The notes below the pieces were generated by a model that was given only the letters and a program-made list of their open reading frames with translations, had not been told where the DNA came from and searched no databases. Position numbers and translations under genes: made by a program. From NCBI RefSeq assembly GCF_009914755.1, contig NC_060942.1: a stretch of DNA of 64,000 nt. One strand, 5' to 3'. Shown here piece after piece: positions 42,701 to 57,056 of this stretch (positions are counted from its first letter, which is position 1; each line of letters starts with the position of its first letter). The stretch comes from the human T2T-CHM13v2.0 reference genome, Homo sapiens.

Positions 42701-43534
42701 CAGATAGAGTCTCTAATGAGCAAGAAATAAAAATTTCAATTTGAAGTACTACATCTAGGGTCCATAGAACCTTAAAACTGTATTACTTAGTGGTACTTGA
42801 AGTTGTACTTTTACCTGTAAGACAAGACAAAGTCATATGCGGGGTATACACAAACACACACAGAGTACATCACACAAAGCGGACTGTTCTTGTGTTGTGT
42901 TACCTTAAACATAGCGAATGTCATCCTTGTACTCATGAAATATTTGTTCAATATCTTCTTCCTGAGTAATATTCACGTGTGGCAGAAGATAGAACACAAA
43001 GTAACCTAAGTCCCTATCTTCTGGAAGATCACAGGTTGCTGTTGAGTGTGGAAGGGAAGTTGGAGCAAGGGGAAGATGAGCGGAGTAGGCGGAGGAGGAA
43101 GGGGAATACGATGGGGAGGAGAAAGTGGAGGAGGAAGAGGAGGAGCTCTTCTGTTCAGTGGCTGGAAGGCCAAGGAAGGGCTTGTGGCTGGGAAAGAATG
43201 GGAGGCAAAGGAGGTCTGAGTGGCAGGAGAAGTCTGTGGCCTGAAGCTCTGTATGACTTTGCAAAACAGTTGTAGTGGCCATATTGGGATAGAGAGCAAC
43301 AGGAACACAAGGGGGCGTTCAGAGAAGAAATGCTTCTCCTCAATGTTTTGAAGATGATGGAGAGAAGAAGAAAATGTCCAGAGACCATGGAAAACAATGA
43401 TCACTCATGTCAAGTAAAGCTACTGTGGGAACGCACTTGTAATGAAAGCAGAGAGTTTTGAAATGCAGAGTCCCTGCAAGTACAAAGGACCAAATTTGGA
43501 GATCAGGCCATGTTACTGTTGTGAGCAGTGCAAC

Positions 43535-43845
43535 ATTACTTGAAGGCTAGCTCTGAGTAATTAAAGATGTATATTGTAAATGCTAGGCCATCTTTAATTG
43601 TTTTTTAAAGGCATGAATACATCAACAGTGGAGATAAAATGGAACCATAGCAAATGATCAGTTAAACCAAAAGAAGGAAGAAAAGAGGAAAAAATAAGTA
43701 AATAAAAGATGAAATAAACAGAAAACTGAAAGAAAGATGTTAGATTTTAATCAAACTGTATCATTAATCTCATCACATTTGAGAAGTCTAATTTTACCAA
43801 TTAAAAGACTGAGGTCCTCAGCTTGTATAAAAAAGGAAGAACCAA
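43535..43845 (+). mobile_element. Old L1 fragment (inter-ORF region / ORF2 start)
   Basis: taattaaagatgtatattgtaa; ggagataaaatggaacc; accaattaaaagactgag. Confidence 0.65.
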
Positions 43846-43859
43846 ATCCCCTTGGCTTC

Positions 43860-44200
43860 TAGTTCCTGATCACAACCCATCATTCCTCTCATGGAAACCA
43901 CTCTTCTGCCCCTCCTGATCATCATTTCCTAGCTTTTAATTAAAGTGCCATTCCATATCCAAAATACTGATCATTTCATTTTGCCTGTTTCTTGACATGA
44001 ATAGAAATTATACTCTATGTATTATTGTGTGCCTTCCTTACTTTGCAAATATAATGTTTTTAAGGTTAACGTATTTTGTTATGAATAGGTTGATATTATT
44101 TACTCTGTTTCTAGAGTATTCAATTGAATTATGCCAGAAATTAGATCTCTGTTCTATGATAAACATGCAATTAAATTGTTTGAATGTTTGCCTCTCATAA
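43860..44200 (-). mobile_element. L1ME-like 3' UTR fragment, antisense
   Basis: ttttgcctgtttcttgacatgaatagaaattatactctatgt...ataatgtttttaaggttaac. Confidence 0.5.
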
Positions 44201-45734
44201 TTATATATACACAATTATATATATATACACATACATATATATTCATAACAGAATTATGTGTAAAAGCCAAAAATTAAAAGAACCTGAAGTCCCTATCCAA
44301 ACACAAAGACTAAAACATCCATATGTATGGATGGAACTATACACACATGCTTATCGGTTCACACACACAACCGTTTCTCCAAGACACACTTAGGGGAGAA
44401 ATTGCGAGGTGGTAGATCTTCATTTTTACCCAATAGTGCCAAGTTTTTTTCAGAGTATTTGTGCTTCACGGCCACGTCCATCCCACTGTAGCCATTCTTT
44501 CAGCCCATCTGAGCTGTGGCACATTTCCTGACCGCACACGTGAGCTGGGCCCCCAGCGCTGCCCAGCGACTCTTCACACTGACCTGTTTGATTTACTTTC
44601 CTAAACCCTTGTTTTCAGACCAAAGCTTTCCTGTGAGCTTTGAGTCTCTAAATCTATTCGTCATGTGGATATCTCAAAGAAAATCCAAAGCAGGCATGTA
44701 TGGACACAGGACCCCTCAAATCTGGGTCGATTCAGGTGTTTTCTCTGTCACTGACCTCAAACCTGTTGTTTGAGCCAGAACCCTAGCAGTTCTTCATTAC
44801 CTCTTCCCACCTGTGCACCTACCAGACCCCAGCCAGCTGTCTGAATGTCCTCACCCACCCAGAGCTCACCACCCTTGGTTGTTCATCCAGGAGCCAAAGC
44901 GACATTCTTCAAAAGCACCTCTGCTCACCATGCTGCCTGCTTTCTGCTGTCCCCACTGAAAAGTGCTGGCTGCCCTCAGGGTGAATGCCCAGGTCCTGTC
45001 CATGGTCCCAAGGGCACCTCTGTGCTTCTTGCCTCCCCCAACCCAGCCTTCCACACATTTCTTCTGCGTGCCACGTCTTCCTGGACCACGCTGCTCTCCC
45101 TCTTTCCTTCTTTCCCGCAGCCTCATCCTTCAGATCTCAGCAGACTCCTCCAGGTGCGCTTCTCCAGGGTCACTTCCTGCCCCCAGCCCATAGAGCTCTG
45201 TGCTTTTCCTTCCAGGCACACATCTCACTGAGCAGCCACACATCCTGAGGGTGGTTATTTTGCTTTACATCGATGTTTTATTTAACTGTCAGGAGCGGGA
45301 CACTGCTTTGTCTATTTGTCTGTACACTTAACATGCTTTAAGTGTGGTCCCTACCAAGGGAAGGCATTGGTCTAGTTGGTAGCTACATAAGAACAAACAC
45401 AAATAATGCCCTTAAAGGCTCACACACAGTGAGAGATAAGAAAGTCCAGTAGAGTGTGAAGGAGCTGTGAGGAAGCCCCATATGCCACATCAGGTGAGGT
45501 CAGGTGGGAGGGCTCCAGTGGTGTGGAAGGCCACCAAGGGGCAGGACGATGAGTGAGCTATGAGTAACGTCATGTCCAAGGCGGAGGGAGGATACTGCTG
45601 GGATGGGTGCGCGTGAGTGGAAGGCACAGAGACAAATAAGTAGGTAACACTCAGGGAGCTTCCACCAGCTCAGGAAGACAAAGGATGAATACCAGAGGAA
45701 GGCCACAGCGACACAGTCAGTGAGTTAGAGAGGA

Positions 45735-46090
45735 AAGAACTTGGAATCTGGGACCAGATGTGAAGACATGCAAATCAGCAGTATATTAAGCACGTGCTGT
45801 GTTTCCTTGCCTTGGTTAGGCTTGCTTGCAATATGTAATTTAATCGTTGAGGAAACTTACTCCGACTGCAAAGCCTATTGTTGCTGCACCTCAACATTGC
45901 TTTTAGAATTCAAAAGACTCAGGTGTCTCCTATACAGACCAGGTGTAGAAACTGAACCTTCTTCCAGATAATGGTAAGATTAGTAACTACCACACAGGGG
46001 ACTGAGAGCATCAAGTCCAGTTAGCCCACGAGGAACAAGTGCTTTAGCTACGGCCCAGAGATGTGCCGTGCTACTGAGCATTGCTCGGTG
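45735..46090 (+). mobile_element. MIR fragments
   Basis: gtttccttgccttggttaggcttgctt; agataatggtaagattagtaactacc...gtgctttagc. Confidence 0.4.
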
Positions 46091-48946
46091 GTCACAGCGA
46101 AATCAAGCACATCATTAATGGAAGCAGCACCCCCAGCAGGGGTTCCCTTACCAGCTGTGCCTGGACAAGCATATAGATTTTGGGGGCCAAATTAAAAACA
46201 TGGGTTATCAAATTTTGCTTTCTTTAACAAAATTTCAAAAGATTGAATGTTTTGCTTAGTTAACTAATATTTACTGATTTGCATTTTGTGCAAGAAATTC
46301 CCCCAACTCCCCGTGTGCATATCAGAGGCATGATTCCCTTTGGCCTGATGTCTTCCAGCACTTTCTTCTCGTCACTCGAGCCGAATTCTAGAAGTCGTCC
46401 GCCTGGCCTCCTTCTCCCTCTGCCTGGCAAGAAAGTGGTCAGAAGCCTGGTGGCCCGGGAGAGCCTCGGCTGTCATGCTGACGTGACTGTCTTTGCAGGA
46501 CACCTTGTATGACTCTTAGAGAAAGGAGCAGTGCTTCTGCGGAAAGGTTGTAACCTGTAGGGGAGTTACTTTGGAACACTTTGGTTTTTTCTACACTCTT
46601 AGCCAGTTGTTCTTTTTCTCTTATTTTTACATTTTTTATTAAGTTTTTCAGAGGCCAACTAGGGTGTAGTTTTGATATTTTTCCCAGCATGGTGTAATGG
46701 ATTGAATTTAGTTCATGTAGCATACAAGAATTATCCTTTTGCTAAAAATAACATGTCAATACACAATGGAGACATTCTTGAGAGTTTTTAGCTGAAAGAT
46801 AATATTCTTTACATACGTCTCCAAAGCATTCAGTACATATCAGAAAAACATCTCTAGATGTGCAGAGAGGGGCCAGCGCTTCCCAGCCCCACGGGCCCCC
46901 GGGAGACCGCCACCTGGAGCCGCACTTTCAGGGAAAGCCACCAGAGGGCACTGGGCCCAAGACAAGTGAGGGGAGGATTCCAAACTGGACCTGCTTAAAT
47001 ATTGAGGATAAATTTACACTTACTCATTACCAAGAGGATACGTGTGTATTTTAAAAGCTAGGAATCACCACAAGCAATTTTTTATTCTTTAAAAAAATAG
47101 TTGAATAAGGGCCAAAAATACTAGCTTGAATTTTTTTAGATGATGCTAAATTTACAGAAAAAAGTTACGTTATTTGATATAAAGTCATCTCTAAGTACTG
47201 GTTCGTATAAAAAGAAAAAATCACAAACTGCCATTTTCCAAGGAAGAGTCATATGTGTGTGTTGATGCAGGCTTTAAAAATGTCGTTCTCCCATTTGAAT
47301 CACCTAAATATGTACGTGGAAAGAAACAAAGAAATGCACAAATCTAAATACAGCGGCCAGGTGTACCTGGCAATCAGTGCACAAACAACTCGGTAAGAGG
47401 CCCCGAACCTTCGTCCCCGCGGCTCTATTCTGCTGCTTAGTGCGTCGTTGCTAGACCACTCCACAGCAGGAATGAAAGGAGGGATTAGGAGAGCTGCTGG
47501 ATGCTTGCTTCATTTTCCCGGTGGTTTGGCACGAAGTTATTATTTAATATTTATCACTGGTATTTCCACAATTGCCGAGCCCCGCGGAAGAAGCACATTG
47601 TACGATGACCCCCAAGACTCCAGCTGTGAGCGGCCTGGGCTGGAACCCCAGTCCATGATGCAGACAGGCTGGTGTTGGTGTCTGCTGCTCCACGCTCAGC
47701 AGACAGGGCTGAATTGTGTGCAGGAGGAGTCTGTTTCCAAAGCCTCTTCAGTGGTTACAGCTGGAAAAAGGGTGAGAAGTGGACCAAGCTTCTGCACAGA
47801 TGTGGAAAGGAAGTGAGAGCTGACAAGCAAAAGCTGTGTGCCGGGTGTGTGCAAAACCAGAGAGGAAAACTGCATTTTTAAGTCAACATTAAAAATATTA
47901 TTCAAAAGTATACTAACCTATTATAAAGGATTTGGGCCATGGAATAAAGGCAACAGAAGAAAACAAAAATGATGCATGGTCTGTACGCTCAGAGATAATA
48001 ATGCTGTGAAAATATGGAACATGTTCTTCTATTCTTCTGGATTTTTCCATTTGAAGTTGACCTTAGTTGCCTGACAATATGGATGGTATTTCTTACAGCA
48101 GGAAGGCACCCATAAAATTTCCCCCCTTTCCATACTGCGGGGCAGAGAGAGGAACATGACTTGGGGGGTTGGGGAGGTGCATCTCCTATCATGAGCCCTG
48201 GTGTCCCAGAAGAGCTCCTCGTGGAAGCTGGGGAAAAATAACTTGAAACTTGACTTCACTACCTACCAGCTCTGTCTCAGCTCAAGGCCTAGAACCTTTA
48301 CAATGTTTCCAGACAGGAGATGAACTCTTTTCCTATCAGTGTTTTAAAATGGATTTACACATAGGATATATACAGTGCAGAAGCAATGTGGTACACAAAA
48401 TATTGACTACATTCAAATGCTCAACTTTTTCCTTTTGAAAATACAGAGTAAAATTCAGAACTTTTCTAAACCTAAAAAAAAAGCAAAAAATAAAACCTCA
48501 AATGTCTTTGTAGTAAGTGAAATCTGTGTCATAAATACCTTTCTCAAGATTGGGACCTGGGCAAGGAAGTTTCCTGATGAGGTTATGAACCTGCCAGCAG
48601 CGCCCAGTAAAGGAGGCAGAGATGGTTTACAGTTATGCATTACATTATCAGTTATTTTAATGGACTCCTTTGGGATATTTTATCTGCAATATGCAGCAAT
48701 TCACTTGTGTCCTATTAGAGAATTTCAAATCAGGTCGCTCTTCAAAAGTGTTGTCAACTATGTGGGACTTTGGCTCCGAGAGGGAAAGACATCCTCCTGG
48801 CTGGAAGCCATTGTAGCTGGACCTTCGCACACAGGTAGAGGGCCCTTTATTAACACCCGCAAGCTGAACACTGAGGTCTCAGAGTGAACACAGGACAAGG
48901 AAAGGAAAGCTGAGGCTGGGAGAACTCAGGAAGGCTTCCAGGCCCT

Positions 48947-49337
48947 GGCATGGGTGAAGAGTGCTCCCCTACTAAGTCCATGTCCACCCAGAACCCCCAA
49001 GGATGACCTTATTTGGAAACAGTATCTTTTAAGTCAAGATTAGGACATATTGGTTTATAGTAGGCCCTAAATCTGATGACTGGTGTCCTTACAGGAGAAG
49101 AGACAGAGATGCATGGAGAAGACCATGTGATGGTGGGGGCAGAGATTGGAGTGATGTGTCTGCCAGCCGGGGAATGCTTGGAGCCACCAGAGCTAAAGAA
49201 GTCTCCAGAAGGAGCCAGCCCTTCTGAGGCCTTGGTTTCAGATGTCTGGCCTCCCGAGCTGTGAGTGAATATATTTCTGTGGTCTTAAGTCACTAATCTG
49301 TGGTCCTTTGCAGCAGCCACCCCAGGGCATTCACACA
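48947..49337 (+). mobile_element. MLT1 (B/C-like) solo LTR
   Basis: ccacccagaacc...gaccttatttggaaac; ggcagagattggagtgatg; ccttggtttcagatgtctggcctcc. Confidence 0.88.
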
Positions 49338-50747
49338 GACCCACTGCTGGTCCAGCAGCCAGCAATAGAGCAGGAAGAACTGGGCCGTGAGACGCTCATC
49401 CCTACACACAAGTGCACCATGGGCTTAAAGAGGCCTCAGGAACCAGAGAATGTGAATTCAGCATCTTGCACAAAAATCTGCAATTAAATGTTTGGTGCAG
49501 ATCCTCCATAATATCTACACAATGAATGCTTAAAAATGCTCAACAAACTAGATGTGAATCTTTGGAGAGGTCAATGTGGACAAATATGTAAATTGCCAGG
49601 GAGCAGGAATGTTGTCTGAAGGAGGGGAAGCAACCAAGAATCTGGGAGAAAGGAAGCCAGCAAGTTTTAGGATTTCTTTGTGAGCAAAATACAGTCATCT
49701 TTGAATAACTAGACTCTGTGTCTTGGAAAATGCTGCCCTGTTTGATGGGTACCTATGGTGTGGGGTCATCTTGACTTTGATTGAGAGATAATAATGTTTA
49801 GATACTAATTCTTCTATAATTAGTTTATTTTGCTCTGTTATTATTTTGAGCAAAGTTATTTTGAAAATGACATTATGCTCCTGCTATATTAAGAAAGTCT
49901 CTTTTCCCCTTTGTATTCAGACTAAAATGTTGAGTACGATGGAGGAAATATTCTGCTAAAAAATTCCCAGTGCTGAGGAATGTTCTGTTATTCATTGTTG
50001 TGGTATTTTCTCCAGCACATGCTCAATTGCTTAATTACTATCAGCTGAGAGTGTTCTTACCCACGAGTAGGGAATCACTCACAGCCTCTGAACATACAAG
50101 GGTTCAGGGAGGATAGAATAAACACCTATGTAACTAATAACTAGTATGTATTAAAACTCATGCCATATGGAACTGTGGAGAAGCGGCTAATCTAATCCCC
50201 TCATTCTACAGAAGAGAAAAATGAGACAGTGAGTCTTTGGTTTTGCAGCCACTAAAAGATGGATGCACATCCTGCAACTTGTAGAGATGGGTTTCTCTGT
50301 AAAATCAGTGAGGTTACATTAATAAAATTCTATATTTTTGAGGGGAAATACTGGACAGTTTATTTAAAAGATGTAAGTACAAGAATAAATGGAGAAACGA
50401 GCAGCTGCTGCAACAGAGTGATAAACATGGCAGATAGAAGCCGATAAAACAACCACATGATAAACAGCATTGATGCTGGATATCAATGAATTCGCCTCCT
50501 AAAATGCCTAAGAAAGTAGAAAGAAATACATAAGAAGAACAATATGGATGCAATTTAGAAAATGTTGGGGGGGGGTTGTTCAATCATGATTTGAGCATGG
50601 CTTCTAAATGGCTTAGAATCCAGTTTTCTGTTAATAAGTAGATCATGTGTTTAGGATATTAAAGGAATAGTAGCTATCTTTCACAGAGTGAACTTCCAGG
50701 GCCTTTTAAGGTTTTCCAGTTCCACAGATAAGTTGGCCTTGTGGCCA

Positions 50748-50768
50748 CCCTAACCCTAACCCTAACCT
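50748..50768 (-). repeat. Short interstitial telomeric repeat (TTAGGG)3
   Basis: ccctaaccctaaccctaacct on the + strand. Confidence 0.85.
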
Positions 50769-53650
50769 CATGGCCACCTATCTGTACCTGATCCTGTGGA
50801 TGGCATTCCATGTCTTTCCTGGCCTTCCTGGAGCTGCAGGTTCCAGCCCGTTCCACCCAGCAGCAACAACCTCCCTTCTCCTGCCGCCCCAAGGAAGCAC
50901 GAAACTGGACTCACAGCAAGCCTGAGATAGACTCAGAAATGTACTTATTGATGATGATGATGATGATCTACAATGTTGACGACTCCAAATTTTCATGATT
51001 TTTCCAAATTGTAATTAAACTCCCTCAAGCATAAAGCTAACACTGGCACAGAATCATGGAAACATCGGTCACAGCTATGCCCAAGAGTGGATTCCAATGG
51101 GTCAGTGCAGCTTGTGATGTTCTAGTCTACGTGTGTGAATGCATCTCCTTTGCTCTCAAGACATTGCCCTCACAGAGGAAGAGGAGCCTCTACCCTGTGT
51201 TTACTGAAGTTACGAAGCCCAGCTCGGCAGGCCACCTGGAGGGGTGTGGGATGCCTTCCTGGCCCGCACAAGAGCCGGCACACGGATGAGCACATGTGCA
51301 CAGAGCGGGCGGCCAGCTGCAGGAGGATGGGTGCAGAGTTAGTTACGGGAAAAGGAAAGAGCAGCAGGCATGGCCGTGTTGGGACAGAGAGCTCCCTGTA
51401 GACTGGTCTTGCCACACCAGGATGCCCCTCATAGTGTGGGAGGCACAGGCTCCCAGGCACACCTGATTGTTCACAGCTGACTAGAACATTTGCTCCCCCT
51501 TCCCAGCGCACATCCGTACACATGTGTATATTCTGACCTCCTCGCGTGGGCTACTAGTGGCAATGCATGTCTGTGTTTCCCTTGTTCACTCCTCCAAGAA
51601 CACTTACAGCAGTAATCAAAGTTAAATAAGCCCAGTTCTAGAACAGACTATGATTGTTGCACCAACCTCCTCACTTCACATGTAATCGGAATGAGGTCAG
51701 AGACAGGAGAACATTTTCTGGGGCCACCTCCCTGATAACAAAGTCAGGGCTGTAATTCTGGTCAGGAAACAACTCCTTTTTCCACATTTCCAAGCGTCTT
51801 CCAGGAGATCCCATGCCTGTGCATGAATGTATTTGCATTTTGGCTTTCCTATTGGTAAATTCAATGTTGGTACATTTTCCAGGATCATTGAATAAAAATA
51901 TAACAATCTAAAGGTTAAGATAAAAAATAATACATACATATACGTATATAAATTAAAAAGGTAATGCTACTATGGTCAAGAAAAGCAAGCAAATCACACT
52001 AGAATACAAAGTGTTGGCTGTCTCTGAAGCATCGATAACCATCTTTTTCACAAACCTTCATCCCAAGTGTGCTATTCTGTCCCCCAACTTCAGAAAAGGC
52101 TCCCAGCTTCTTTATTTCAGAGTGACCTTGCCCATCCATAGTGTCACAGGGCAGTGTTCCGAGGGAGGGAGCAAGCAAGCAAGTGAAGAGAATGCATTTC
52201 CCGGCATCAAGTACCTGCTCTCTTAGTTTAGTGATAATGGTGCTAGCATGCAGAAGGAATTCTCTTCTATTGAGTCAACCATTCTCAAACTATTATTAAA
52301 ACACGCCTTCTCCTAAACCACAAAGAAAAAGAGGCAGGAAGCTCCACACAAACACACAATTAAGGGTATCCGTGTGAAAACCTCTCAGCGTGTGACACAT
52401 TTGCAAGCCACAGGCCTAGCCCCTGCAAGACAGCACCTCCCGGGAGGCAGCCCAGGTGGAAGTCAGGGCTCCACCACTCTATTGCCCATGTTGTGCTCTG
52501 CCTGGCCCTGAACATTGCTTTAATGCATTTATTCTGGATTAATAATATGGATTAGCAAGTAAGAGGTTGATTAGCTTTATTATTTTTGCATTGGCAATTA
52601 TTTTAAATTGAATGTTGAGCATTTTTTAATTAGACTTGCTTACTGTGAGCAAAAGGAAAAATAGAATGTATGGTGCTGACTACTTGAAGCAGACAAAAAA
52701 TAACATACGTAATTATAAAATCAGCATGTTACAGCAGCAAAGATTCAAATCTAAAATGGTGACACATAGTGAATCCTTCATGTCCAAAGCTTCCTGAAAC
52801 AGGGTCGGGGCAGTGTTTACTTGGAGGGGGCTGCGATATCAGTGGAAACCTTATACATGTTTGCAAATGGAGATGATGCAGGAAGCTTGTCCACTGTGTA
52901 ACTCAATTCACATTGCGCATTATGTGAATGAGATGTGAAAAATAATTTCCTGTATCTCTGAGGTATCCCAGCCCTAAGTGGATTGCTGGCTCTGGCCCAT
53001 GGAAAATAATAAAGTGACATAGACTGCACCACCACATTCAGCAGGGACTCTGTGTCGTTTTCCTTCAAGCTTACTGGTAACAGCTACCATTCGATTCACA
53101 GGGAAACGACCAATTCTGCTCCAGTGAAACAAATTTTAATGAGCCCTCATTGCAATATTGTGTTTTAAGTGGTAGCTTTTAGCTCTTCAAAATTATGTCC
53201 ACTAATTAGAGACATGTGATCAACCTAGTTATCTCCCAGCTATAAATTATAATACATATTCATAGTCACATGAATTTCATCTTCTATAAAACTGCCCTTA
53301 TGCAAACAGTAATAGTAGCTATGTCATTAGAATATATCGGCAATTAATTCTCAAAATGATCAATGGGAAGAATGTCCTTTTCCCTCCATATCTGGTTTAT
53401 TTATGTGTTCCCATTAATTATGCCTAATTTTCTGTTGTCACTTGTCTTCCTAATGTAATTCAATTTAAGCATATCTTTCTAGAGACTTATTAATAGGTAG
53501 GGTCATTTATATTGTGTAGCACAAATATTTTATAATCCACTAATCTTGACAAAAAGGCAATGCCTTCCTAATAAAAAATGTATGAGGAGTAATGGTTCCC
53601 TATTAATAACTTATTAGGTCAGATCACACAGTTTGAAGTGTCTATTACAC

Positions 53651-53930
53651 TTTAATTTTATCGGATTTCTTCCTCTGGAATCCGCCACACTTCCCTTATC
53701 TTTTGATTGAGATTGTTTTTAGCACCATCCCAGCCTCGACAACCCCAAACAGCACTCGTGGCTTTGCCGTGGCCATAGTGGGTGGGATCGGCAAGCTCTG
53801 CTGCAGTGGGGCCTAGAGAAGGAGCAGTTCTGCTGGTGTGAAAGCGCCCTCTCCTCCCTAGAAGGGCGTTCATCATCAGATCATCCTGGATTATTACTGG
53901 CTCACACACCCTGTCAACAACAGACCCTTT
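53651..53930 (-). other. Candidate terminal exon of an unidentified minus-strand transcript
   Basis: Minus strand reads (TG)n-CATTTTGCAG|AAAGGG as an acceptor; 90 open codons to TAA at 53658-53660; ATTAAA at 53651-53656. Confidence 0.3.
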
Positions 53931-53939
53931 CTGCAAAAT

Positions 53940-53940
<1 letters not shown>

Positions 53941-53980
<40 letters not shown>
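53941..53980 (+). repeat. (CA)n microsatellite, about 20 units
   Basis: Directly visible. Confidence 0.97.
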
Positions 53981-53982
<2 letters not shown>

Positions 53983-54339
53983 AAATTCAAATATAATTTC
54001 AGGGATCCATACAAATCATGAAATTGATCTATGGACTTCTTAGGGGTAAAAGAAACAGAATTTAGATCTTTGGTTAAAATCCACTGTATGTTCATTATAT
54101 ACAGATAGTTTTACTAATAACACAAGCTGGATAAATATTCTTTTCTCAAATTGGCGCATTGTGGCCAAGATTTGTACAGTAACCTATTTGATGTGTTCTT
54201 TTAAATCCTTTAACGCTGACTTGAAAATGTTTCCATCGAATTGCTGAGACTTTCATGAGGTCCTGTGGGGATAATCTTCCACAGCTCCTGCTCTCAAGTA
54301 ACTAGAGGAGAAAGATAGAATGTATTCATGAAAATAGAG

Positions 54340-54455
54340 TTCTCTTAGGCAAGATGTTTCACCTTCCCTAGACTTCAGGCTTCTCATCAGTAGAGTGAGG
54401 GAATTGGACAAAGTTGTTTAAAAGGTCTGTTCCAACTCTAGTTTTTCATGACTCT
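54340..54455 (+). mobile_element. MIR 3' fragment
   Basis: ttaggcaagatgtttcacctt...gaattggacaaag...aaggtctgttccaactcta. Confidence 0.6.
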
Positions 54456-55201
54456 ATCGATCTGATAAAATTATATGAATCTACAAAAGCAGGTCGTCAT
54501 AATAATGTCTCAACGAATGTACAAAAGTTAATCAGACTGTCGGTGAGGAAATGGTCCATGCCCTCTGGGGCAGGTGCTACTGCGGACATGAGTTCCTGCT
54601 GGAGGCCTGGGCACTATTGTGTCAAGACTCAATTATGTTACAGTGAAAGGAGTCATACATGTAGTTTGGGAGGTGGTTATATTAAAATATAATGTATATG
54701 TAAAATTACCATCTCAATAAAATGTAGACTAGATTACTTTTCTCTTCATTGGCAACAACATGATCTAAGAACTGCTATTTAAGATAATTGGATGGGGTTA
54801 TGAGAAACTTAAATGGACTTTGATGCTTCAATAATGAAAGATGAAAAATAGTACCCAAATTAAAGACATCAAATCTGTGCATATAATTAATAGCTCTTTA
54901 CAGAAATATATTAATTTGGAAGAATACATGTATTAAACATCTTTAAGAAAATGGATTCAAGTTATGCCATTACCAAATAAGGCAAAAATTTTTAAAATCA
55001 TGAATAGAAATTTACCTTAAGACTAAATTCTCCATTTTTTAAAAGCTATTTTGTTTTTGCCTTTTCAAAAAACATTTTGTAACTTTTAAATTATAAATAT
55101 TAGCATCGCTCTATAAATCTCATGATATTCTAAAGACCCGCTTGAATAAAAGAAATTTGATGATATTAGATAATATTCTGTTCATCATAAATGCATTAAA
55201 C

Positions 55202-55202
<1 letters not shown>

Positions 55203-55233
<31 letters not shown>
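55203..55233 (+). repeat. (TG)n microsatellite
   Basis: Directly visible. Confidence 0.97.
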
Positions 55234-55234
<1 letters not shown>

Positions 55235-55851
55235 GTTTCCTCCAGTAGAGTTCTTAAGTGCCTCATTTGGAAAAAGGCATCTAGACCGACACACCTGCAG
55301 AAACGTAATTCCTTTGGATTCTACTCATAATTATCTATGCTACACATTTATTAACAAGCAGGCATGATGCTAGGTCTAGGAGATATGGATACAGAGAAAA
55401 GGAAGCCAGCCCTAGGTGTCAGTCCTTAAAGAAGGGAAAGAAACTCAACTTTAATAAGCACATACTATGTAATCAAAGTCTTTGCATGTGATGTTGATAC
55501 AGCCTTGGCTCATCCTTCCACAGTGCTGTGAAGTAATGATCTCTGTCACTGTAGATTTGGAAAGGGGACCACATGGGGTCAAATCAGTTATTCAGCTTCA
55601 TAAACATAAAAAAAAGTCAGAGTCATAATTCAAACCCAGATCCACCTGGATTGAATCATACTATATTTTTAAACTAAAAATAGAACAGCTAAGTAGCCAA
55701 AAAGCTAACAATAAACCACTGGATGGCAAAAGAGTGATTTAGGTAATTCATAGATTACCGACAGAAATTGCTGTTAGTTAAATGACCAGGGCACGTTTCA
55801 CGGAGAAGATCCATGCCAGTGGAGGGTACTGTTTGGTAAAAAGACATTCAG

Positions 55852-56157
<306 letters not shown>

Positions 56158-56935
56158 TCAGGACTTCTGAGCAGGTAGAAGGGCATCTGGAGCAAAAGAA
56201 AGAGACACCCCTGAGCTATGTCTATTCTGGGAGAAAAGTAAACTGATTTGAGAGGAAGTAATAATGAGAGATAACGGTGAACGCTTTGTGGAGGACCTTC
56301 TGTCCTGAGCTCAGAGACTTATACATTTTTTCCCATAAAAACTTAGAACTTCACAAGTTTTCGAGCCAGGTTTCTTGCATGGTCATGAATGTAAAAGAGA
56401 TTAATTTCCAGTGATCTTTAGGATGCACTAGGATAATAGTTAAGATGCTATTCTAATAGCACAGTTAGGGATTTATAAAAGAAGAAACATGGTTGATCAT
56501 AGACCCCGTAGAAAGGAAAAGGCACGCAGAAAACACGAAGAAACAGTCGTCTCAGTGATCAGTGGAGAAGGAAGACCATAGGAAAGAAATGAGTGAGAGC
56601 CGATGAAGACTTTCAGCCTGTTTAACTGGTGGGAAGTTGAAAGCTTTTCTGAAATGACATTGGAAAAAGGAGCTGGAAGTTCTGGCAAGAGATAATTCAC
56701 TTCTGATCACTGAGGCTGTGTTTAAGAGGCAATGTCCTACTGTGGACTGAAGCTTCTCATCTTGAGATCTGAAAAGTTGTTAGAATGAGAACCTTGACTT
56801 GCTACTCGTTTGCATTGAGGTGATACCTTAAATCTTCAGGATAAATAATTTATCTCCTGAAAAGAGAAAAGTGTGCAAGTAAACGAACTTTGAGGAACAT
56901 TCTTTGGAGGAAGAGGATGCAAGGGAGCAGTTAGG

Positions 56936-57056
56936 GCCCTAGACTCCAGGAATGAGCTTGCTCTGCGTGGAGATGCCCTAGAATCCAAGAATGAGCTTGC
57001 TCTGCGTGGAGATGCCCTAGAATCCAGGAATGAGCTTGCTCTGCGTGGAGACGCCT
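56936..57056 (+). repeat. 39-bp tandem repeat, 3 copies
   Basis: Unit gccctagactccaggaatgagcttgctctgcgtggagat with 1-2 substitutions per copy. Confidence 0.95.

Noticed and set aside
42905-43282. Ser/Pro-rich and Arg-rich overlapping ORFs
   Set aside because: Caused by a purine-rich low-complexity stretch
46860-47650. CpG-containing patches as a CpG-island promoter
   Set aside because: Short and interrupted by AT-rich sequence; does not look like a true island
48375-48887. Longest listed ORF (170 aa)
   Set aside because: Non-ATG start, AT-rich unbiased composition, no recognisable domain or convincing splice context; a length expected by chance
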